Source of the DNA: Paecilomyces variotii
Taxonomy: Eukaryota
NCBI GenBank assembly: GCA_004022145.1
Contig: RCNU01000016.1
DNA length: 64,000 nt
Reading direction: 5' to 3' (one strand)
Positions 21,471 through 33,734 of this stretch are shown here, one piece after another (position 1 is the first letter of the stretch; the number at the start of each line of letters is the position of its first letter). Both the position numbers and the translations under genes were made by a program. The notes beneath the pieces are model-generated. The model was given only the letters and a program-made list of their open reading frames with translations, did not search any database and had not been told where the DNA came from.

Positions 21471-24400
21471 GACGGGCTTTTCGCAAATGGAAGGACTAAC
21501 ATCACATTGATGATTTTGGTCTGAAAAGAAGAATAAAAAAAGCATCTATCTAGTGGTTCGTCTCCAGCATCAGACAGGATTGATATATACAAGTCCTGGT
21601 ACTTTTGTATCCGCGTGGAAAAAAAAAGCTAGGATCATGTTCGTGCTCACGGCCTTGTGTTTACTGATAGCTCGCATCCCTTAGTTCCAGCTAGATATCA
21701 TCCAGATTCAAAACACCAAGGGTAAGGGACGGACAGACCAAGTCGTGCTGAGCGCAAGCTGATACAGGACCCTTGTGTCTTGCCTCTCTCCTCTTTGGTG
21801 CTTGGTTGGTGTCATTGTTATCTTTTTTTCTTTTCTCTCGAAAAAATGACACACTTGAGGATCGCCACGTGGCTCCTGAAGCAATTTGGCGATCATTGTC
21901 AATCAATTGACGAAAATAGACATTACTCTATAATGTTTCATGGTTTCAATGCCCTCTTTGAGAGGGAGGCAAGGTCTTGCATAATGGTGGCTTGGAATTC
22001 CAAATTCCACGTGGAATATAGGGTTAGGGGAACTAGGGTCTGCAATGTTCCAGAATGTGAGCTCTATGCTCTTTATCCTGGAACAAACACTAGCCGGGTT
22101 GGAGTTTTCCTTTTGGATGCGTCTAGCGGCCGTTATGTATAGCCAAAAGCACGCGTGGGGAGTTTGGAAGACAAAGATCTGTACACACTCGACCTGGAGT
22201 TGTGATTTAGCGTTGGAGATCACCCATGCAGCTATTATTATTATGACGCTAGCGAGGTTGGATATCACTTGGAAGAGTGAAACTATGATGCAGCTCATAG
22301 GAGGTTGTGTCTGAGCGTAAAGCAAGTCTGGGCTGCCTTGCAGTCTAGGACCATGCATCTACTCCTGCATCGCATTGACAGAACACTATGCCATGTGGTT
22401 GTGGAACCTAACGAAATAATAAGCTCTCATCCAGCGATTCTTCTCATTATGACTTCAGGGAATAAGACAGCTGGCAGATCAACTCCTACGAAACGTTCTT
22501 AGGGTACAAATCTGAAGTAGTTTAGCAGAGGTTACGAGTAGAGGCAGTGGCGAGCCCTCGAAGCCCCTATCTACCGAGTAAATTGGTGCTCGAACCTTTC
22601 CAAAGATTCGCGATTGCATATGGGCGTCCAGAGAGACAGATGCATAAGATCGTTTTAGAACAGCACCATTATTGGCTTCTTTCTTGGGTAGGTCAACCAC
22701 CTGGCCCGGGTGCATCGAGAGATCCTCAATAGGATATAGGATTATAGGATGATCTTCTGATGTACAGTGCGTTCTAGAAAGCTTTTTGTCTACATCCACC
22801 CCTTCTAAGGCGAGAGAAAAAAAAAAAAAAAAGGCTCATCCTGCAAATCGACTAGGAATTACAAAGTCTGGGCGAGCCATACCAATCTCCTTCCCAATGC
22901 TATGTGTGCGTACTGCGGAAGCAAGATAATACGAAAATGGCAAATCGTGCATATGTAGAAGTTCATTATTCCTTGCGCTGTAATAGACTTGGGAGTATAG
23001 GGAACCATGTGCCTAGTCATCCTCTTCACTTAGCTACTCACATATCACCAAGCTCGCTTAAGTATAGAATACAGATATCCAAAAATTTATCACATGGCCA
23101 CTTGCGACTATCTTGGAAGCGCGTAGCACGGGCATGGTACACCCCAGAAGGACCCAAATTTGAGCCCGGGCCTTCGAAGCTGTCAGATAATGACATCCCC
23201 GTAGATAATCCTTTCTCCTCGAGCATCCTAGTCGTTCCATCCCCGGGAACTATCCAGCCATCTCATGTATAATTGGTCAACACACAAGCGGAATTTCCAT
23301 CTGCGGCCACGATGGGATCACCAACGCAGCAAGATGTGTGATGATGCATCAGCGCTGGTTTAGCGGGGTTGGTGACCATGCTTAGGGGTTCCTTGACATC
23401 AAAGCGAACAACCCCGGCTAAGAGCGCCATGCATTGGCAAAAGTACCGTACGTCTCTCTCGCTTCACAATGACGAGTTTCAGGTGTATGTGCGTGTATGT
23501 GCTTATGCTTGTGACTTGGGTTGATGGAGTGGTGATAGGATGGTCTTGTTTTCTTTTCTTGCCGTAGGATTCCCAATTAGGTATTTACTGTAGGATTTCC
23601 GGGGGCGCAATTCACGTGGAATGAAAGATAAGAATAAAGACGAGGAAATTCGTTGATTCAATTACCATCTTTCTGGAAGGGTTTGAATTCCAGCGATATT
23701 CCGGATTCAGACCTATGTATAATGTGATCGGATGACGCAGAGGTGCATTCTGTCTCAGACTATATAGATAAGTATGGTTTGATATGAAGTCTGGTGTTCA
23801 AAGTATGTACTTGTACCAACTTATCTGCATCACCTAGACTGGAGAAATTCCGTACTATCCAAAATGGACTAACTACAAATCCACAATAGCATCATGAACC
23901 GGAACCACTTTCTTCCATTTCCGACAGAGGATAAGAAAAAAGAAGAAGAGCATCCCCTTTCTCCTGGAGCTATGGCCACTCCCGTTCTTTATAGCTCGTC
24001 GTCTGTGCTTGCTTGCCATGGCTACCGGACTCTCTTTGGCCGTTTCACAGCTCCCTTGGGCGGATAGCTCATCGACACCGCATATCTGAAATATCCGGAA
24101 GGTTCCGATTAAGGACTTTGTTAGTTAATTAGGCATGGCGGAATTTGAGCTCTGCGGTGGATGGCTGGTTTAGAAGCATAAGCGGTGTTTTTGTTCTCGT
24201 TAACCAGAATATGAATATAAACTCCGAAGGCAAAGATATCGATATCGCTGACAAGAAAAAAAAGTAGCCATTTTCCACGGGGTAATCCACTAGATACGGA
24301 GTAGACGAATCCATCGTCTCATACTCCACAAAACTAGTCTGATGTTACTCAAGCATTGAATGAATGCCCCAGACACCTATGTCTACTAGAATTTTAGAGT

Positions 24401-25596
24401 AATCCGGTAAATATTAAAACGGCCAATCAAATTACGTGGTGCAAGGGAAATAGCATAATGAAGTGAGTCGCTAAAGACTTTTCAAAGGGGTTTATCGTGG
24501 GGCGCGCTTAGTGGGATAATTTATTAATTTATCAGTCAACAACTCAGACCAAGTGCATTGGATCCATCCCGCGCGATTGCGATTCCAGTCCCGTTCTTTG
24601 TGAGTGATCGACATCAGATTTGTATCTCTCGGGGGTGAAAATAGGAATATTCGGCCAAATAAGTATCTGCTGTGAGCGTGCTCAAGGTATCGCAAAGGTT
24701 AATACAGATTCCAGATAAATGTAGTCAATATCTACAGGGAAACACTACACTATATAATAACTGTCGGGAAGGTATGGTAGTCGTCTGATTATTATGTAGT
24801 ATTATTCTTATCCGCCAGCATGTCACTGGAAGACTTTAAAAATCTCTTCTATCTATCTCCATCAACCGCGCCAGAACTAAAGGATATCGAGTCTCCACGC
24901 GGACCCGCCATGGCCGATATCGTTCAAATTACATGCTCCGCCAGGTGGATCCGGCTGTCATCAAAAGGGGCCATACAGAGGGGTCTGAGCAGTCTGGACT
25001 TTGCGATCTCTACATAGTACACTGTGTCCTTTCCAAGGAGCCAGGAGGTATGGACAGCTGACTCGACTCAAGGTCGGTCAAGAGGACGTAGAGTAAGGAC
25101 AGAATGCCACATTTGATTTTTATGTTCTCATGGAGACGATGGACTCCCGGCGACGCACCCCAAAAGAACACTAAGACAGCTAGGACAAAACTAATCGAAT
25201 ACGCCCATTAAGAGAACAACCAAAGCTTTAACGAACCAGGGAGGTGACCGTGGTTAGAAAAGGCGTAGGAGGGAAAATAAGGGAAAACTGGGGAAAAGGG
25301 GAATGTGTGAATCGAATCCGGCCGTGACGGATAGAATGAAAGAGAAGGCAATGAAATACAAGGGCAGAAGATAAAGCAGCACCTCGACAGAACGTATCCC
25401 CATGAATCATACATTCCGTCAAGGCAGAATGTGCCTCGTCCGCCCTTGTCCTGCATTGCCGCTTCCCGTAATCGTCCCCTCGTAATCATCATCGTCCAGG
25501 GGGAACATGTAATAGACCAGTACAGACGGAGACCATTGCATGATCACATCGCAAAAGAAATGACATCGCCGCTGACGCCCCGATATGCGCCATCGT

Positions 25597-26506
<910 letters not shown>

Positions 26507-27285
26507 GACTGCAACTGCTGTCGCGTGTTAAGCGCAATTGTGCGGGTGATATAGCGAGGGGTTTCGACGTGGCGGAGGGTTGTCACAATCCGTCAAAACG
26601 GGCGGTGGGCGAGACTTGGGGTAGTGCAGCTAGGAGGTGATCTGCAATACGGTAAGCGATGCTACTTGAACCGCCCACCGGCTCCTTTGCGAGGAAGGGA
26701 ACAAGATTCGAGGAAGGCTCACACTAAGTTTGGACTGTTCAAGTAATAAGAGGATACGATAATCCAGATGCCTCTCAGTAGTTGGATCGTCAGTGTCTCC
26801 TGCGCTCTGGCTGCCGTGTCCGCGGCTTGTTGGAGGACCGCCTGATCTGGGCTAGCGCTTCATCATGTGACCACAACAGCAGACTTGCTGAGGTAAGCTG
26901 CGATGCCCTGAATCTCTGATAGACTGATTCACCGCACTAAAGCGACGAGTTTATATTCATTCTATAGGTTTTCACAGAACGCTCCTTTGATGGTGAATTT
27001 CAGAGTTTCTATCTCGTCTCAATTCACACCTTCCATCAACGATAATGCTCAAGCTGATGCTGTGGCGCATTTTTGCTGGTCCCTAATCTCCTGACCTTGA
27101 GCATAAGTCGGGACCAAGACTAGCTCCCAAGTGAATTTCTTTTCAAACATGCCCTATTAGAGGGGCGTGTCTTCTTTGACTTGCTTTCTGATTATTCTTG
27201 GTTCTATTTCCCATACATGGGTCATGTTTCCTAAAATATTCGTTCCATCCAGCTCATCAAGTCCTCTAGCTCTTGTTTGGTAAAG

Positions 27286-30200
27286 ATGCCCGACAGCATC
27301 GAGGACGACGACAGCATCTCTGTCACGTCAACAGTACTGAGCGAACCAAAGTCAGAATATGAAGTTGAATGCATCCTTACGGAACTGATGTTCCCGGATG
27401 GTGTCAAGTATCTAGTCAAATGGGAAGGCTACCCTGTTGAGAGATCAACCTGGGAACCGGAAGACTCTTTCGCCGACCCCCAGACTCTGAAAGACTGGGG
27501 GGCTAAGAAGAAAGCCATAGACCGTGGGGATGAAGAGGAGTTCGATCTTGAAACGTGGGAGAATCGACTAGAAGCGCTGGAAGATGCCAGGGACGAAAGG
27601 AAACGCAAACGAAGAGCCAAACGGGCCAGGCTCGGGCTACCGGTGTACGAGACGGAAGCAAGAAAAGAAGATGAGAGCGACAGCAGCACTTCGAGCGATG
27701 AACCACTAAGTGCCCTTCGATCAAGACTACATGAAAATAGACGATCATCTTCGGATAGCTCTCTGCAGACCTCCAGACAGCTCGAGTCGAGAGTTACAGA
27801 TTCGGCCAGTCTTACACATGAGCAGGGACCAATGGCACAATCTAACTCCACAAACTCCAAGGATGATGAGTCTTCCAGTGTGCAGCACGGCGGTAAACAT
27901 GCACCCCAATCTGTTCCAGCACAACCGGTTAACCGTCATTGCAACCCTGGTTCCACGGTAACACCGTCTAGAAGCAAAACCTCTACACACACAAGTGCAC
28001 CCCTCCTTCTGCCTAGAGGCCCTGCTCGTGACCAAAGAAGCCTGGGTGGCTCGCTGTATGCTCGCAAATAGCGGCTGAAAGCCGAAGGGAATGATAATAA
28101 CGAGAAACCTACACTCTTCAGAAATATCTCTACCAGGTGGAAATACGAGAAAGCACTACGTTTTGAGCCTGCCCCTGATATCACACAATTGGACCTACGA
28201 CGGCCATCAGATTGGGCGGCAAGTCCAAGTGTGCTAAATACGGATATTATACGCCCTATCAGACGTGCAGAATCCAACGAGCTCTTTGTAAGACAAGATA
28301 CTCCTCAGGCCACTTCGGCCAAGGCAGAGAGCATACCTCAGGAAGATTTGTTTCCAGAGAGGCCCATGGCACCTTCACGGTCATTTTCCACGGGCACCAC
28401 ATCACTTCTGGGTCAGTATTCTGTGACCAGCCCGGATTCTAGCCGACCGCCTCTGCAAAGAAATCCTACCTTTTCTTCCCGCGATGATTCGATCAATGCA
28501 GGCCTTAAGAGGCGCCTAGATGCACCTTCAGAGCCGTCTCGTCCTGCTTCATCAACCCTAGGAGGTCCCCCACCTCGAGGCCCTAGGCGGTCTACGCTTG
28601 CGGGCCCTGCTCACAGAAGTGATTCCAAACCAGGTTCCCACGAAGTAGAGGTGCGGTTGTTCTATGGCCCGGAGAAGACCAGAGTTGGTTCAGTGGTCAT
28701 ATGCGGCATCAATGAGCTTACCAAGCTCAAGATCACCAGCTCGAGTAAGGCAAAGGACGTTGAGGTCTGGTTTGAACACCTGTGTACTATCGACCAGTAT
28801 GACTACTTATGCTCGAAGGTGAGAAACCAAAGACACCATTGATTGAAGTCGCTGACCTTGACCAGTTATCAAAACCAAAAAATGCGAAATTCTGCAATGG
28901 CTGGGTTGAAGGCTATTCATATAATACCCGATATATCAGTGAAATGGCGAAGACATTGCGAGACGGCAGTCTTGTCGGTATCTGTTACCTAAACACTGTA
29001 GGGACCAAAAATGTCTTGCTAGCCTATGCTACTGGATCGGCGGAATGGGACTTTCTCAACGAAAATGGGTATATCAAACCAGGCGTTTCGTTGCGTATTG
29101 CCGCAAGAGCGCCCCTGCCTCCTATCAGCGAACTGCGCAGATTACCAACCATCAAAACCAGCACGGCTTCTCAACCAGTGTTACCCACAGAAGGGCCAAC
29201 CTCTGTTACGGTTGATACACCCTCCGGCCCTGTGACTATGAGGGGTCGCGAGAGCTCCCCAAGACAGGATAGGCAGCATCCTCGTCCTGCTTTGACTTTG
29301 GACACCAGTGAATCAAACGCAAAGACGGAAGAACTTACGCCGGGACTCAGTCAAAGTGCTACTCGGTCTCCAAAAAGCATTGGGAGCGCTCTCACAGAGG
29401 ATCCACAGTTCAATAAAGATACCGAGATGAAGGATTCCGTCATGACAGACAACTCCATCGATCTCGACGCTATCTTTAGCAGCCAATACAGCATCAGCTT
29501 CCGGGAACTCGCATCAGTAAACGGGTCAAAATCTAAGACCCCAGCCCAAGTTTTCTACGTATGGTATCCAGATAGCGCAGAAGCCGAGTACCAGGTACTC
29601 GTGGAATTCCTGAAAAGGCACAAGGTCGTTATATACTCAAACCGGCTTCCGGAAGACTGGGAGCGATTTGCGCGAACGGTTTCTCACGGGGTCGTTATGG
29701 TATGTCTAGTTTAAAGAGTGTTGCTTCACGGTATATGCTGACAAATACACTTTTAGTTCTATGGTGACTTTCTGAGTTTTTATGATCTGCCTTACTTCCT
29801 GGACTTGACGCGGAAAGAAATAAATTTTTGGAGCGTGTCCTTGGCTGCTCCGTTGCCGTACGCAGATGGAACAGCACATCTTCAGCGCCTCTTTCCTCAC
29901 GGCGGAGTCATCCTCCTTACGGAAGATCTTTTTCTCTACGACCAAGACTGCGTGGTAGTGATCTTAGCATGGTTTGAGGAATTCGTCCGGAGGAGGTCTC
30001 CCGGTAGCTGGAAGATTATGTTTCGTCCTGATATTCTGAACTGGCTACTTAAGAAGACGGACGAGTTTGAAACAAAATCAGTTGAAGAGAGGAAGAAGGC
30101 ACGGTGAGTTTCAATGCTAGGAGATCTGAGGGTAAAGAAAGAACTAACCTATATCAATTAGCTGGCTGGATATGTATGTTCTTATTCTCAAAATGCTACC

Positions 30201-30817
30201 TCGTCGGTATCACTACCACCATGACCCTCAAAACCCGCCGCATCTCGAAGGCGCTCGAGAAGAGGACGGGACCCATAACCCGGTCATCTCGTTTCGCAGT
30301 ATACCCAGCTATGGTCACCGTCAGGAGGACGAACACGATGCTATCCCCAAAGGGTTAAGACAAGATCAGCGCGATACTGATCATCTAGTCGAGTTCTTCG
30401 CGGGCTGGAGCATCATCAACAGCCATAGATTCCGCCGCTTCATCGTGGCGTCTCATTACTCACAAGAAAGATGGAAAGCATGGAACCACGTAAGTACCTT
30501 CTACATCATATACATCTTCATAGTCCAATAGTTCTGATAATAAACAGCTTGAACTGCACCAAGGTGGTCACGATTTCATGAAGAGTCAAAAGATCGACGC
30601 CAATGCCATCTGGGCGGAACTCGTCTCAAATACTCCTAGAAGGTCGGATCCATCTCGTTCAGCGCGAACTCCTCGAACGCCTCGAACGCCCTTTGTTCCG
30701 ACCAGTGTGAAATGGGACCCTAGCAATACCCCTGGCACCGTGGCCACTGCATCCGCCAAAGCTGCTCAGGCGCATCACACTCAATCAGCCCACAAATACC
30801 CCGACCCGTATGTTTGA
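27286..30817 (+). CDS. Chromodomain protein (Chp1-like, Pezizomycotina type) containing one in-frame TAG at 28069-28071
   Basis: Chromodomain EYEVECILTE...YLVKWEGYPVERSTWEP. Exons 27286-28818, 28866-29699, 29757-30103, 30162-30489, 30548-30817. The C-terminal RLFPHGGVILLTED..W..MFRP..HLVEFFAGW..FRRFIV region is typical of these proteins. The frame is continuous across the TAG, or a 66-nt intron 28056-28121 removes it. Confidence 0.8.
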
Positions 30818-31594
30818 TCTTACGCACACACAAGGTACATACATACATACATCGCGAGTGATACCCTATTCTTCTGGTCTGCATGGATTCATCCTATTAT
30901 TGATTGCGAATACCCCCAAAGCTCCTGTCAGCTGTTACATGAAACAACATGCGAATATTCGATTCCAGTCTATGGTTCTACCCCTGTAGATGTCTTCCTG
31001 TCGCTATTCCAATCTATTCTACTCTATTCGTGTTTAATTCTCATCTTGTTATCCTTGTGGATGTTGCGTTATGTCGAAGGTTAATCATACCCTGTGAATA
31101 ATACCAGAAGTAACTACGGATGGGAGAAGAATAATAAGAGTTAGTAGTTAATTACCCCTCCTTTCTACCCTTTTCGTGCCGGCGCGGTTCCCTTTTCGTC
31201 GCGGCGCGCGGGATCTCGACAGGTAGCCTCAGTATGGCGTATACTATGTACATACTTAGTGTTGATATGGGTATTGAGATAGTAGTACGTCCGTACGTAC
31301 AGATATGCATAGTATGAATTGAAAAAAAAATTCCATTTCATCCCGCTAAGTCGTAAAGTGGACAGGAGGAATGAAAAGTCTCGCGAGATAATGACATGGT
31401 AAAAGAACGCCCTATGCACCACACGGTCCGGTTCCCTAAGTGAAGACGAATGACACATGGCAAGAAAGACAGACGGGGTCCAGCTGGACCATGAAAACAG
31501 ATATGATCATTCCGAGAGGGGGAAACGAGGTGGGGGGGGTATATACAGGGTCATGACATGTGAGGGTTAGTAGGGGAGGGCGGGGGAGTTGGAA

Positions 31595-33543
31595 TTATTG
31601 CCCGCCTGCAGCGCTCGAAGCACGGTTACGGTACTCCTCGAAGCTGGATGCCGATTGTGAATTTGAATTCTTTGCATTCTTGTTCTTCTCCTGTTTCTCC
31701 CGACGCATCTTCTCTTCCCATGCGCTCTCCTCGGCTGCAATCATGGCGTGGAAACGACCGCCCTGGCCGCGAGCTAGATAGACTGGCTTCTCCTTGCGCT
31801 CAGCGACAGCCTCGGTGACGAGAACGAATTTCACGCTAGAGCCTGGCGCTTCGTACATGGCATCGCTAAGGATGGTTTCCATCTCTGTACGGAGAGCACG
31901 CGCGCCGGTTCCCATGGCCAACGCGTTGGTAGCCACTTTATGCAGAGCAGGGGTCGTGAAGCGGAGTTCAATTCCCGACAGCGAGAAGAGGGTGGTGTAC
32001 TGGGCCAGAAGCGAGTTGCGAGGCTCAGTGAGTATCCGTAGGAGCAAAGGATGCGTTAGCGGAGAGAGGGCGGTGGTGACGGGGACACGGCCAACTAGCT
32101 CGGGAATGAAGCCGTAGGTCTGGAGATCATTGGGGGTGAGGAGATCCAACGGATTGAAGTAAACAGGTTCTTCATCAGACGAGGAAGGCGTTGCGGAGGT
32201 GAAGAATGGAAGATGCTTTTTGTACAATGCTTCCTCCTCTGAACCCGGGAGGATCCGGATGGGCTGGCTGTTCGGGGAGACGGATGTACCTCGTCCATCG
32301 CTGGAGCTGGCAGAAGCGCGCACGGGCTGTCCAAATCCGATCGAACCGCGAGATATTCGATCCATCACCATCTTATTCAACCCAACAAACGCGCCAGAGA
32401 GGATGAAAAGGATGTTGTCGGTTCGGACGTTGTAGACTTCCCCTTTGGGGGAGGGAGCTGCGGCACCGGAACCCTGATAGGAATTGCCCAGTGGATTGCT
32501 CGAAGGGTACTGATGATGGCTTGTTGGCCCTCCAGAACGAGGAGCACTCTTCTCTGGTTTGGCATGGACCTGGATTGTAGTGCCCTCAATGATCTTCAAG
32601 AGCGCCTGCTGTACGCCCTCACCACTGACATCTTTCCCGTGGCTGACTTTGGCGGTCGCGATCTTGTCTACCTCATCCAAACAGATTATACCTCGCTCCG
32701 CTGCTTCGACATCGTAGTTGGCAGCCGCAAGAAGACGGTGCACACAGACCTCTGCATCTTCTCCGATGTATCCCGCCTGCGTAAAGGGAGTGCAGTCCGA
32801 CATGCTGAAAGGTACGGAGAGTACTCGTGCCAGCGTCTTTGCCATCAGCGTCTTTCCCACTCCCGACGGTCCCAGTAAGAGAATGTTGGACTTTTCCAAT
32901 TGCAACGGAGATGTATCAACGATTGGGGCGGCGTCCAGCTTTGGTGGGGTCGGTTCCTGTCGTTCCGATACATGGACGGTCCGTTGTTGGCCAGGGAATT
33001 CATCTGCACAAGTTCATATCATCAGTATGAGATCTCGTTCCAAAGGGTCCTTTATGGGTTTCACTCACCTTCCACTGGATGGCTTTCCATCGCCTCCCTC
33101 CGTTGTCGCTGAGCTTCCAGTTCCGCTTCCTCCTCTTCCCGCCGCTGGAGCTCCTGCACCCGCTGGTAGTGGTTGTATACGGCAACTGAGAGCACCTTCT
33201 TTGCCCGATCCTGGCCAACGACAAACTGGTCCAGATACTGCTTCAGGGCTTTGGGCGTCAGCCGCGGGGCCCCGAAGGCGGGAGAGGATCCAAGAGGGCC
33301 ATCTGTAGGCAACCCAGCCTCATAAGTGCCTGTATACCCCTGACCGCTGAAATCGGAACGGTGGAAATGGGAGAATGTCGGGTGAGAGACGGCCGTGGCA
33401 GAGAAATGGCGGACGCTGCTTTCAGCGGAAATAGCACATGATGAGCGCAGACGAAGGGGACAAGCAGCAGAGAATGGTGTCGCTCCAGCGGATCCCACGG
33501 TCTGATAACGCCCGCGGAGTGACCGGGCAGGCAGCCGCAGCAT
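31595..33543 (-). CDS. clpX: Mitochondrial ATP-dependent Clp protease ATP-binding subunit ClpX (Mcx1)
   Basis: Exons 33543-33069 and 33003-31595. Arg-rich targeting peptide [35 protein letters not shown], Walker A GPSGVGKT, Walker [31 protein letters not shown] and GARALR. Confidence 0.96.
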
Positions 33544-33725
33544 GGCTGCGGGGGAAATCAGAGACGAGCAATTGGATCTGCTATCCGCGAGGCAGATCAA
33601 GGACGGGTAAAAAGAAGAGAAGATCGAGATCTGAAGAGAATCCCTGGCGAGAGAGAGCTGGATGTGACTGAGATGGTCGATCGCCGCGATGTCGGAGCCG
33701 GAGCTTTCCCCGCAACACGTGACGC

Positions 33726-33734
33726 TTATCAGAT
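33726..33734 (-). promoter_or_regulatory. SreA-type GATA element ATCTGATAA upstream of clpX
   Basis: TTATCAGAT on + matches the ATCWGATAA consensus, ~180 bp upstream of the clpX ATG. A second match lies at 34672-34680. Confidence 0.3.

Noticed and set aside
21600-25400. Many short ORFs in the gap between the Pth11-like and Rab11 genes
   Set aside because: No motifs or consistent splice model could be built. It is treated as intergenic, with a poly-A run at ~22817-22832.
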